Shown here piece by piece: positions 1 through 12,456 of a DNA stretch of 64,000 nucleotides (positions within the stretch are counted from its first letter, which is position 1; each line of letters begins with the position of its first letter). The position numbers and the translations under genes are program-made. Location: assembly GCA_964016885.1 (NCBI GenBank), contig OZ024743.1, positions 249,612,001 to 249,676,000 of the forward strand. Reading direction: 5' to 3'. A model generated the notes under the pieces. That model saw only the letters and a list, made by a program, of their open reading frames with translations. It was not told where the DNA came from and ran no database searches. This DNA comes from Eledone cirrhosa. Its lineage: Eukaryota.

Positions 1-3000
1 CTTTGCTCACTATAAAAGCTTCACGGCACAGGCATTGCTTTATATCTGGAGATCTCTCTGCACTTGTCGTCACATGGTACCATGGGCCCAGCACTATGTG
101 TCAGTAATTGTCACAAGTGTAGTGTTTGTACCAGAGTTTTCAAGTCACTGGCTGGACTAAAAAGTCACACTCGTTCAGCGCATCGGTAGGGGTTCTCCTA
201 CATGGATATAAAGTAGTGGCCGTACTCGAAAACGAGTTGGCAGCCACCATGTATGTATGTATGTATGTATGTATGTATGTATGTATGTATGTATGTATGT
301 ATGTATGTATGTATGTATGTATGTATGTATGTTATGTATGTTATGTCAGGTCACCAGTTGGTGCTACTGGTAACATGTATCCCAGTACAACCTGTCCCAT
401 GGTCGGGTCGTTGGCGACTAAACTGGCAAACCCACCAAGGTTTCTTGGTGAGGAGGGTGACTTTGGACATCCTGCAGGACTAAAAACAAAACCTGTCAAA
501 GGGCAAAGGAGCTCTTAAGAGTCAATGGCCATCCAAAATCACCGGGAGAGATGACCCCTTAGCCTTTGTCAAGGCAGAATTCTAGGAGAAGGAAAACTCT
601 GATATAACACCTGCAACCCTGATGGTATCCAATGATGTTGACTTGTTCTTCTTTTTGGTAAATATCATCTTGGTTAAGAGAGTGGGACTGGCTTTGTGCA
701 GTGCCTTTGCTCACTATAAAAGCTTCACGGCACAGGCATTGCTTTATATCTGGAGATCTCTCTGCACTTGTCGTCACATGGTACCATGGGCCCAGCACTA
801 TGTGTCAGTAATTGTCACAAGTGTAGTGTTTGTACCAGAGTTTTCAAGTCACTGGCTGGACTAAAAAGTCACACTCGTTCAGCGCATCGGTAGGGGTTCT
901 CCTACATGGATATAAAGTAGTGGCCGTACTCGAAAACGAGTTGGCAGCCACCATGTATGTATGTATGTATGTATGTATGTATGTATGTATGTATGTATGT
1001 ATGTATGTATGTATGTATGTATGTATGTATGTATGTATGTATGTATGTTATGTATGTTATGTCAGGTCACCAGTTGGTGCTACTGGTAACATGTATCCCA
1101 GTACAACCTGTCCCATGGTCGGGTCGTTGGCGACTAAACTGGCAAACCCACCAAGGTTTCTTGGTGAGGAGGGTGACTTTGGACATCCTGCAGGACTAAA
1201 AACAAAACCTGTCAAAGGGCAAAGGAGCTCTTAAGAGTCAATGGCCATCCAAAATCACCGGGAGAGATGACCCCTTAGCCTTTGTCAAGGCAGAATTCTA
1301 GGAGAAGGAAAACTCTGATATAACACCTGCAACCCTGATGGTATCCAATGATGTTGACTTGTTCTTCTTTTTGGTAAATATCATCTTGGTTAAGAGAGTG
1401 GGACTGGCTTTGTGCAGTGCCTTTGCTCACTATAAAAGCTTCACGGCACAGGCATTGCTTTATATCTGGAGATCTCTCTGCACTTGTCGTCACATGGTAC
1501 CATGGGCCCAGCACTATGTGTCAGTAATTGTCACAAGTGTAGTGTTTGTACCAGAGTTTTCAAGTCACTGGCTGGACTAAAAAGTCACACTCGTTCAGCG
1601 CATCGGTAGGGGTTCTCCTACATGGATATAAAGTAGTGGCCGTACTCGAAAACGAGTTGGCAGCCACCATGTATGTATGTATGTATGTATGTATGTATGT
1701 ATGTATGTATGTATGTATGTATGTATGTATGTATGTATGTATGTATGTATGTATGTATGTATGTTATGTATGTTATGTATGTTATGTCAGGTCACCAGTT
1801 GGTGCTACTGGTAACATGTATCCCAGTACAACCTGTCCCATGGTCGGGTCGTTGGCGACTAAACTGGCAAACCCACCAAGGTTTCTTGGTGAGGAGGGTG
1901 ACTTTGGACATCCTGCAGGACTAAAAACAAAACCTGTCAAAGGGCAAAGGAGCTCTTAAGAGTCAATGGCCATCCAAAATCACCGGGAGAGATGACCCCT
2001 TAGCCTTTGTCAAGGCAGAATTCTAGGAGAAGGAAAACTCTGATATAACACCTGCAACCCTGATGGTATCCAATGATGTTGACTTGTTCTTCTTTTTGGT
2101 AAATATCATCTTGGTTAAGAGAGTGGGACTGGCTTTGTGCAGTGCCTTTGCTCACTATAAAAGCTTCACGGCACAGGCATTGCTTTATATCTGGAGATCT
2201 CTCTGCACTTGTCGTCACATGGTACCATGGGCCCAGCACTATGTGTCAGTAATTGTCACAAGTGTAGTGTTTGTACCAGAGTTTTCAAGTCACTGGCTGG
2301 ACTAAAAAGTCACACTCGTTCAGCGCATCGGTAGGGGTTCTCCTACATGGATATAAAGTAGTGGCCGTACTCGAAAACGAGTTGGCAGCCACCATGTATG
2401 TATGTATGTATGTATGTATGTATGTATGTATGTATGTATGTATGTATGTATGTATGTTATGTATGTTATGTCAGGTCACCAGTTGGTGCTACTGGTAACA
2501 TGTATCCCAGTACAACCTGTCCCATGGTCGGGTCGTTGGCGACTAAACTGGCAAACCCACCAAGGTTTCTTGGTGAGGAGGGTGACTTTGGACATCCTGC
2601 AGGACTAAAAACAAAACCTGTCAAAGGGCAAAGGAGCTCTTAAGAGTCAATGGCCATCCAAAATCACCGGGAGAGATGACCCCTTAGCCTTTGTCAAGGC
2701 AGAATTCTAGGAGAAGGAAAACTCTGATATAACACCTGCAACCCTGATGGTATCCAATGATGTTGACTTGTTCTTCTTTTTGGTAAATATCATCTTGGTT
2801 AAGAGAGTGGGACTGGCTTTGTGCAGTGCCTTTGCTCACTATAAAAGCTTCACGGCACAGGCATTGCTTTATATCTGGAGATCTCTCTGCACTTGTCGTC
2901 ACATGGTACCATGGGCCCAGCACTATGTGTCAGTAATTGTCACAAGTGTAGTGTTTGTACCAGAGTTTTCAAGTCACTGGCTGGACTAAAAAGTCACACT

Positions 3001-5918
3001 CGTTCAGCGCATCGGTAGGGGTTCTCCTACATGGATATAAAGTAGTGGCCGTACTCGAAAACGAGTTGGCAGCCACCATGTATGTATGTATGTATGTATG
3101 TATGTATGTATGTATGTATGTATGTATGTATGTATGTATGTATGTATGTATGTATGTATGTATGTATGTATGTTATGTATGTTATGTCAGGTCACCAGTT
3201 GGTGCTACTGGTAACATGTATCCCAGTACAACCTGTCCCATGGTCGGGTCGTTGGCGACTAAACTGGCAAACCCACCAAGGTTTCTTGGTGAGGAGGGTG
3301 ACTTTGGACATCCTGCAGGACTAAAAACAAAACCTGTCAAAGGGCAAAGGAGCTCTTAAGAGTCAATGGCCATCCAAAATCACCGGGAGAGATGACCCCT
3401 TAGCCTTTGTCAAGGCAGAATTCTAGGAGAAGGAAAACTCTGATATAACACCTGCAACCCTGATGGTATCCAATGATGTTGACTTGTTCTTCTTTTTGGT
3501 AAATATCATCTTGGTTAAGAGAGTGGGACTGGCTTTGTGCAGTGCCTTTGCTCACTATAAAAGCTTCACGGCACAGGCATTGCTTTATATCTGGAGATCT
3601 CTCTGCACTTGTCGTCACATGGTACCATGGGCCCAGCACTATGTGTCAGTAATTGTCACAAGTGTAGTGTTTGTACCAGAGTTTTCAAGTCACTGGCTGG
3701 ACTAAAAAGTCACACTCGTTCAGCGCATCGGTAGGGGTTCTCCTACATGGATATAAAGTAGTGGCCGTACTCGAAAACGAGTTGGCAGCCACCATGTATG
3801 TATGTATGTATGTATGTATGTATGTATGTATGTATGTATGTATGTATGTATGTATGTATGTATGTATGTATGTATGTATGTATGTATGTTATGTATGTTA
3901 TGTATGTTATGTCAGGTCACCAGTTGGTGCTACTGGTAACATGTATCCCAGTACAACCTGTCCCATGGTCGGGTCGTTGGCGACTAAACTGGCAAACCCA
4001 CCAAGGTTTCTTGGTGAGGAGGGTGACTTTGGACATCCTGCAGGACTAAAAACAAAACCTGTCAAAGGGCAAAGGAGCTCTTAAGAGTCAATGGCCATCC
4101 AAAATCACCGGGAGAGATGACCCCTTAGCCTTTGTCAAGGCAGAATTCTAGGAGAAGGAAAACTCTGATATAACACCTGCAACCCTGATGGTATCCAATG
4201 ATGTTGACTTGTTCTTCTTTTTGGTAAATATCATCTTGGTTAAGAGAGTGGGACTGGCTTTGTGCAGTGCCTTTGCTCACTATAAAAGCTTCACGGCACA
4301 GGCATTGCTTTATATCTGGAGATCTCTCTGCACTTGTCGTCACATGGTACCATGGGCCCAGCACTATGTGTCAGTAATTGTCACAAGTGTAGTGTTTGTA
4401 CCAGAGTTTTCAAGTCACTGGCTGGACTAAAAAGTCACACTCGTTCAGCGCATCGGTAGGGGTTCTCCTACATGGATATAAAGTAGTGGCCGTACTCGAA
4501 AACGAGTTGGCAGCCACCATGTATGTATGTATGTATGTATGTATGTATGTATGTATGTATGTATGTATGTATGTATGTATGTTATGTATGTTATGTCAGG
4601 TCACCAGTTGGTGCTACTGGTAACATGTATCCCAGTACAACCTGTCCCATGGTCGGGTCGTTGGCGACTAAACTGGCAAACCCACCAAGGTTTCTTGGTG
4701 AGGAGGGTGACTTTGGACATCCTGCAGGACTAAAAACAAAACCTGTCAAAGGGCAAAGGAGCTCTTAAGAGTCAATGGCCATCCAAAATCACCGGGAGAG
4801 ATGACCCCTTAGCCTTTGTCAAGGCAGAATTCTAGGAGAAGGAAAACTCTGATATAACACCTGCAACCCTGATGGTATCCAATGATGTTGACTTGTTCTT
4901 CTTTTTGGTAAATATCATCTTGGTTAAGAGAGTGGGACTGGCTTTGTGCAGTGCCTTTGCTCACTATAAAAGCTTCACGGCACAGGCATTGCTTTATATC
5001 TGGAGATCTCTCTGCACTTGTCGTCACATGGTACCATGGGCCCAGCACTATGTGTCAGTAATTGTCACAAGTGTAGTGTTTGTACCAGAGTTTTCAAGTC
5101 ACTGGCTGGACTAAAAAGTCACACTCGTTCAGCGCATCGGTAGGGGTTCTCCTACATGGATATAAAGTAGTGGCCGTACTCGAAAACGAGTTGGCAGCCA
5201 CCATGTATGTATGTATGTATGTATGTATGTATGTATGTATGTATGTATGTATGTATGTATGTATGTATGTATGTATGTATGTATGTATGTATGTATGTTA
5301 TGTATGTTATGTCAGGTCACCAGTTGGTGCTACTGGTAACATGTATCCCAGTACAACCTGTCCCATGGTCGGGTCGTTGGCGACTAAACTGGCAAACCCA
5401 CCAAGGTTTCTTGGTGAGGAGGGTGACTTTGGACATCCTGCAGGACTAAAAACAAAACCTGTCAAAGGGCAAAGGAGCTCTTAAGAGTCAATGGCCATCC
5501 AAAATCACCGGGAGAGATGACCCCTTAGCCTTTGTCAAGGCAGAATTCTAGGAGAAGGAAAACTCTGATATAACACCTGCAACCCTGATGGTATCCAATG
5601 ATGTTGACTTGTTCTTCTTTTTGGTAAATATCATCTTGGTTAAGAGAGTGGGACTGGCTTTGTGCAGTGCCTTTGCTCACTATAAAAGCTTCACGGCACA
5701 GGCATTGCTTTATATCTGGAGATCTCTCTGCACTTGTCGTCACATGGTACCATGGGCCCAGCACTATGTGTCAGTAATTGTCACAAGTGTAGTGTTTGTA
5801 CCAGAGTTTTCAAGTCACTGGCTGGACTAAAAAGTCACACTCGTTCAGCGCATCGGTAGGGGTTCTCCTACATGGATATAAAGTAGTGGCCGTACTCGAA
5901 AACGAGTTGGCAGCCACC
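1..5918 (+). repeat. Tandem array (~8.4 units, 684-725 bp) of a non-autonomous bipartite RTE-derived element, each unit ending in a (TATG)n tail
   Basis: Identical ORF-track entries recur at 126, 830, 1546, 2271, 2955, 3671, 4396, 5080 and 5796. The unit middle matches the 5' UTR of the RTE LINE at ~7877-8082. The unit end gtggccgtactcgaaaacgagttggcagccaccat matches the LINE 3' end atggccatactcgataacgagggggcagccatcat (~11431-11465). Confidence 0.9.
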
Positions 5919-6611
5919 ATGTATGTATGTATGTATGTATGTATGTATGTATGTATGTATGTATGTATGTATGTATGTATGTATGTATGTATGTATGTAT
6001 GTATGTATGTATGTATGTATGTATGTATGTATGTATGTATGTATGTATGTATGTATGTATGTATGTATGTATGTATGTATGTATGTATGTATGTATGTAT
6101 GTATGTATGTATGTATGTATGTATGTATGTATGTATGTATGTATGTATGTATGTATGTATGTATGTATGTATGTATGTATGTATGTATGTATGTATGTAT
6201 GTATGTATGTATGTATGTATGTATGTATGTATGTATGTATGTATGTATGTATGTATGTATGTATGTATGTATGTATGTATGTATGTATGTATGTATGTAT
6301 GTATGTATGTATGTATGTATGTATGTATGTATGTATGTATGTATGTATGTATGTATGTATGTATGTATGTATGTATGTATGTATGTATGTATGTATGTAT
6401 GTATGTATGTATGTATGTATGTATGTATGTATGTATGTATGTATGTATGTATGTATGTATGTATGTATGTATGTATGTATGTATGTATGTATGTATGTAT
6501 GTATGTATGTATGTATGTATGTATGTATGTATGTATGTATGTATGTATGTATGTATGTATGTATGTATGTATGTATGTATGTATGTATGTATGTATGTAT
6601 GTATGTATGTA
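5919..6611 (+). repeat. Pure (TATG)n microsatellite, ~690 bp, tail of the last array unit
   Basis: Directly visible; the MYVC/HTYI ORFs are artefacts of it. Confidence 0.97.
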
Positions 6612-6889
6612 GTTCATTTGACCGTTTTCTTCTCTTTGCAAAATTTGAATTTTAGCCATGTTACATTGAGATGTAAGTAAATGTAAAATGTAAGATATAA
6701 ATAAGGATTGCTCTGCTAAAACATACTAAAATATTTGTGTAACTTCCACAAACTTCTGTCGTGACATTCCCGAGTCCAGTGACCAAAAAGTTGTTGTATT
6801 TTGATGTTTCAGAATACAAAAATTAATTAAAAACTTACCCCACGAAAAGACAGCGTGTGTTGTCCTATCTATAAACTCCCTCATACGGT

Positions 6890-7655
6890 CAAATGAACTA
6901 GATACATCTCACTGTCCCCACCACCATAATAACGTTTACACTCTCTCCCCACCACCACATGTCATTACCATACCATACCCTATCTAGACTAAAGTCATCG
7001 ACTTGTTGTCAAACTCTCTACTCTCTGTTGAATGTGTATATATATATATATGTGTGTGTATGTATATGTGCGTATATACATCACTCAGTCAAACGACCAG
7101 ATTTCAACCCCAACATCTACAACAACAACACCGGCACTAATGTTTACAGCAACAACAGCTTCAGAATGAACTGAAATGAACATTTACAACAACAACAGCG
7201 GCATCAAAACATAAAAAAGGAAGGGAAAAGAAAAGAAAAGAAAAGAAAAGAAAAGGGAAGGAAAAAAAAACAAAAAAAAAACTCAAAATAAAACACACAC
7301 ACACACACACAACACAACAACAACATCAACTGCCACCACCACCGCCACCGCCGCCGCCATCACCATCACCAGCGACCGGGCCTTAAGAAAACAACTTTAA
7401 TAATAATTTTTCTGCTTTTGGCACGATCCAGCGACTGGCCCAGCGCATTACTGGTACTCTCTTTTGTTGACTCCGTGGGGATGAAGGGCAAGGTTGATCT
7501 CGGCGGGATTTGAGCTCAGAGCGTGGGGAGCCATAACTCTATGCTGTAAAGCAATTATAATAATACTGGACTGTAATACCATCGGCTTCAACTATACAAA
7601 CTCTTGAAAGTCAACAGTTGACATAATCTTGTAATCTTGTATCAGTAATGACGGT
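6890..7655 (+). repeat. Dispersed duplicated segment, paralogous to 62365-62515 and 63080-64000
   Basis: Shared strings such as gatacatctcactg, ctagactaaagtcatcgac, catcactcagtcaaacgaccagatttcaacccc and cttgtaatcttgtatcagtaatgacg. Confidence 0.85.
7400..7553 (-). mobile_element. tRNA-type SINE, diverged and 5'-truncated
   Basis: Same family as the copies at 26.9, 50.5, 52.4, 58.6 and 62 kb (ggcac..ccagc / actggtact / ggatgaa.ggcaa / ctcggcgggatttga). Confidence 0.75.
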
Positions 7656-8116
7656 AATATATATATATATATGTGTGTGTGTGTAAGTGAGTAGAGTAGC
7701 GTGTGTGTGTGTTTGTTTGTATATATGTGTTGCTGTGTGCGCGCATATGTATGCGTGTGTGTGTGTATGTCGTACGTATAAGTGTCAATAAGTGAGTTTT
7801 TTTTTTTTTGCGCGCGGGGACAGAAATAAGCGGGCTGGATGCCCGATCGCGCAGTTAAACCACTGGGAGTGAAGAACCCCTAGCCCTTGTCAGGGCATTC
7901 TTCTAGGAGAAGGCATCTCAGGAAACTGGGTTAACTCCGATTTAAACCTGCGGCTCAGTAGTTACCGATGATGTTGATCTTTTTTTCTTTTCGGGTTATA
8001 GCTACTGTCGCTCAGAGAGTGGGATTGGCTCAGTGCACAGTCTTTCCTCACTTTAAAAATATTCGTCACGCACAGGCATTGCACGAGTGCATTAATAATT
8101 ATTAATAGTGTACTAC

Positions 8117-8149
<33 letters not shown>

Positions 8150-8334
8150 TACTTTTTTCTTTTTTTTTCCCCAATTCAATGATGTTCTAGAACAATGTAA
8201 AAGAGATAATTGGCAATTTAGGTTCTGGAACAAAAAAGATCATTGGCAATAAGGGCAGGGGCCCCAAGTTATCACAACCTGGGCCCGCTCGTCATCGTGC
8301 CATTGTAATAGAGCCAAACAAGGCATTTAGTCTT

Positions 8335-9255
8335 GGCTGCTGGAACGTACGGACGCTGCTTGACAGGGATTCCTTGGAGCGTCCTGAACGAAGGACCGCT
8401 CTTGTTGCAAAGGAGCTTCGACGTTACGATCTTGACATCGTGGCTTTATCTGAGACGAGGTTAGCTGGAGATGGTCATCTTACGGAATTTTGTGGAGAAT
8501 ATACATTCTTCTGGAAAGGAAGAGATGAAGGAACCAGAAGAGAGGCTGGGGTAGGATTTGCTGTTAAGACTGTACTTGTCAATAAATTAGAAGAATTCCC
8601 AGTAGGGATTAGTGAGCGTCTTATGTCCATGAGAGTTCCGCTGGACAGAGGAAGATATGCTACCCTGGTGAGTGTGTATGCTCCAACTACGAATTCTGTC
8701 GATGAAGAAAAACTGTCCTTTTACCATGCCTTGAAAGGTGTTCTAAGAAATATCCCTCAGGCAGACAAAGTCATCGTGGTTGGTGACTTTAATGCTAGAG
8801 TGGGTAGGGATTTTAACACATGGAATGTAATCGGAAGGCATGGGGTGGGAAAGTGTAACAGCAATGGTATGCTCCTGCTGCAGATGTGTGAGGAGCTGGA
8901 TCTGTGTGTTACCAACACCATGTTCCAACAAAAGAACAAATTCAAGACCACATGGATGCATCCTGCATCTAAGGAATGGCATCTTTTGGACTACGTCCTA
9001 GTCAGGATGCGTGACAGACAGGATGTGCAGTGTGTTCGTGTTCTTCGTGGAGCTGAGTGCTGGACGGACCACCGCCTAGTACGCGCAAAAGTGAAACTAA
9101 TCACCAAACGTAAAATCCGGGCTCCTGGTGTTACCCTGCCCAAAAGATTGAATGCTGCTCGTCTTAAGGATAAAAATGTGAAGAGGACATTGGAAGAAGA
9201 GATGCAGGCTGCAGATCTTGGTGAGGATTGGCCGACCCTTAAAAAGTCGGTTTAA
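8335..9255 (+). pseudogene. RTE LINE AP-endonuclease domain
   Basis: ORF 8374-9255 with canonical APE motifs; an in-frame stop separates it from the RT portion. Confidence 0.9.
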
Positions 9256-9279
9256 GATGTAGGCAGGCGTGTTCTGGGA

Positions 9280-10344
9280 TTGGTGCAGAGAAAACATCAG
9301 GACTGGTTTAATGAGAATGATGTACATATAGAAGACTTGTTGGCTGATAAGAGGCGTGCTCTGTCACGCTACTTGACGGCAAAACCACAGGAGAGGAATA
9401 CGTTGCATGAGGAGCTCAGGGATGTAAAATCACGTGTTAGGCGGAGTCTTTCTCAGATGAAGGATCAGTGGTGGAGTGAGAAGGCTGGTGAGATACAAAC
9501 TGCGTCTGATTCCAATAACACAAAGCTGTTGTACAGTCTCTTGCGTGAGGTTTATGGACCGTCTTCTTCTCTGGTGACACCGCTTCGCAGCAAGGATGGC
9601 AAAGAACTTCTTCGTGACTCACAGGGAATTCTACGAAGGTGGCGAGAGCACTTTGATGATCTTTTGAATCAGCCGTCTGTCGTCAGTGAAGATTTCCTCA
9701 ATCTCATTCCAGAAAGTCCTGTGAAAGTAGCTCTCGCAGAACCTCCGACGCTTGTGGAGGTTGCAGTGGCTATTTCGAAGCTGAACAGTGGAAGATCTCC
9801 ATGTATGGATGGCATACATGCTGAGCTCCTACAATATGGTGGTGAGAGACTCCTGCAACATCTGCACTCTTTGTTTGGAAGGATATGGGCTAATGAATCC
9901 GTACCTGAGGACTGGAGAGATGCAGTAATGGTGGTCTTGTACAAGGGAAAGGGTAACAGGAATGATTGTGGGAACTACAGAGGTATATCATTGCTTTCTG
10001 TCGTAAGGAAAGTTTTATGTAGGGTGCTTCTGGACCGTCTGCTGACACACATTGCAGATTGTGTTCTTCCTGAAAGTCAATCTGGTTTTCGTGCTGGACG
10101 CGGCACTACTGATATGATCTTCTCAGCTAGACAGCTCCAGGAGAAGTGCATGGAACAAGGCTTGGATCTGTATCAGGTTTTTGTCGATCTGACAAAGGCT
10201 TTCGATACTGTCAACAGAGAGGCATTATGGAAGGTTCTCCAGAAACTTGGTTGCCCTGATAAGTTCCTTGCTTTAGTTAGGTCTTTCCATGACGACATGA
10301 AGGCTTGGGTTAATGTTGGAGGTAACATGTCGACACCACCTTAA
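9280..10344 (+). pseudogene. RTE LINE reverse transcriptase, N-terminal half; catalytic YADD region deleted
   Basis: RT motifs present up to FHDDMKAWV, then deletion/frameshift. Confidence 0.9.
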
Positions 10345-10746
10345 GCAATTGGAGCGTTTCCATCAGATGTGTCTCAGACGGATCCATGGCGTTCACTGGA
10401 GGGACCACATCAGTGATGTCGAGATTTTGGAAAGCTCTATGTGTGACAGTATAGAAGCTCTTGTGCTTAAGCAACGACTCCGTTGGAGTGGTCACCTTGC
10501 CAGGATGAAGGATTCTAGAATACCAAAACAACTCTTTTATGGAGAGTTGGTTAAAGGAAAACAACCGCCACATAAACCAAAAAAGAGGTATAAGGATTCC
10601 TTGAAAGCCTCTCTGAAAGACGCTAACATCTCTGCTGATACATGGGAAAATATTGCTGCTGATCGTAATAAATGGAGAAAGACTGTATATGAGGGAAAGT
10701 TGCCTTTGAGGCATCTCGAATCGCACACGAGAAAGTAAAGCGGGAT

Positions 10747-11103
10747 GTGAGGAAGGGCATTGCTGTTGCACTTCCAGACGGCGAGGGTCCTCCTATGGTG
10801 CTGACATGCAGCGTATGTGCGAGACTCTGCCTAAGCAAAGCTGAACTCGAAAGTCATCTTCGCAGTCATAAAGTAAGACCAGTAGTTGACTACCAGGCTG
10901 CTGTTGGAGATGCTACTCATCATGCTTGCCAAACATGTGGTAGAGAATGTAAATCAGCAGGAGGGCTCAAGCGACATGCAAAAGTACACGAACTCCAACC
11001 ACAGCCGACTATTCCCAGTGAATGTTTTGGTTGCCGACTCTGTGCAAGACATTGTAGATCATTGGCTGGGCTAAAAAGCCACATTCGATCGCAGCACTGT
11101 TAG
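10747..11103 (+). pseudogene. RTE LINE C-terminus with three C2H2 zinc fingers
   Basis: CSVC..HLRSH, CQTC..HAKVH, CRLC..HIRSQH. Confidence 0.85.
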
Positions 11104-11292
11104 TTGTTATCGTGTGTGTGTGTGTAGATATGCTTATGTGCGTGCGTGTGTGTGTATATATATATGAATATGTATATTATTATTGTTGTTGTCGTTATTA
11201 TTATTATTGCTATTATTATTATTATTATTATTATTATTGTTATTAATGTATGTGTGTGTGTGTGTATGTATGTGTGTATGTATATATGTATG

Positions 11293-11329
<37 letters not shown>

Positions 11330-11467
11330 TTTTTTTTTATTTAATTATTTATTATTATTATTATTATTATTATTTTATTTTATTTTATTTATTTTTTTTA
11401 TTTTTTTAATTTTTTTTTTATTCTCGTGCAATGGCCATACTCGATAACGAGGGGGCAGCCATCATAT

Positions 11468-11526
<59 letters not shown>

Positions 11527-11530
<4 letters not shown>

Positions 11531-12020
11531 TTAATATAGATGAGATTCTACAGGACTAGAACTGTTTCATTCTTTAGAAATCATCAGGAATCTGGGTTTC
11601 AAAAAATAAGTATGGTATTTATAGATCTCTACAAGGGGTAGGAGAGGGTGGGGAGTGGGATGGGTGTAGGTCATTGGATGATAGAAAATTCATTAAAAGC
11701 TAATTCTACAAAGCTATAGTTTATTTTTATTTTTAGAGTAACAAAGACAGAAAGAATTCTATAAACAGGTTCAGGATGGCATGCCAATCCTTATTATTAA
11801 GTTTCTCTTAAGCTAACAGGTGTCTATAAGATCAGTGGGGGTCAGTCATGGTAGAGAGATTTAAAGGAAAGGGAGATTCTTTAAAAGCTAAATTCTTTAC
11901 TAAGTGACAAAGGTTTAGAGAATTCTGTAGACAAATTCAAAATATTGAGTGCATATCTTACAATTATCCTCAAATTTCTCTTAAACTATTCAACTATATG
12001 CCAAAATCAACAGACACATT
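11527..12020 (-). mobile_element. Solo ~490 bp hammerhead-bearing non-coding element (retrozyme or Penelope pLTR-like) next to (TA)n
   Basis: Unique sequence between a TA tract and a CA/TA tract, containing a complete type I hammerhead on the minus strand. Confidence 0.6.
11543..11593 (-). ncRNA. Type I hammerhead ribozyme
   Basis: Minus strand reads AGATTC-CTGATGA-T-TTC-TAAA-GAA-T-GAAA-CAG-TTCTAGTC-CTG-TA|GAATCT. Stems I, II and III all pair; GUA cleavage triplet. Confidence 0.8.
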
Positions 12021-12230
12021 CACAAAACACACTCACTCACACACTCGCGCGCACCCATAAACACACACACATACACATATATATATACACACACACACAC
12101 ATATAAATATATATATATATATATACATACATACACATATAAATATATATATATACATATATATACATACAAGACATATATATATATATATATATACATA
12201 CACACATACACACATACATACACACATATG

Positions 12231-12270
<40 letters not shown>

Positions 12271-12456
12271 CACACACACATATATATATATACACACACA
12301 CACACATACACATATATATACATATATACACACATACACACACACATATATATATACACACATACACCATACATACATATATCTGCATTGTATTGAGTAC
12401 CTTACTTACTGTGGTTACCTCCGATTCAACACGGAATAACGTACGTATATATATAT

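Larger units (their letters stand above)
7810..11465 (+). mobile_element. RTE-clade LINE, disrupted: APE endonuclease, RT with internal deletion, C-terminal C2H2 zinc fingers
   Basis: GCWNVRTL...ALSETR...GDFNARVG...LDYVLV...TDHRLV (APE). GNYRGISLLS, PESQSGFRAGRGT and FVDLTKAFDTV (RT). Stop at 9253. Jump at ~10340 from RT subdomain 3/4 to LERFHQMCLRRI. (TA)n tail after 11465. Confidence 0.92.

Noticed and set aside
1-5918. CRISPR-like or hammerhead interpretation of the first array
   Set aside because: No unique spacers, eukaryotic context, and the only near matches (ctgatat, ctgatgg) lack the CUGANGA/GAAA core with stems.
126-6680. MYVC/HTYI-repeat ORFs and the repeated 79-137 aa ORFs
   Set aside because: Translations of (TATG)n and of a non-coding repeat unit; no domain features.
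7810-7960. HDV-like ribozyme at the RTE LINE 5' end
   Set aside because: GC-rich hairpins are present but I could not assemble the nested double pseudoknot.
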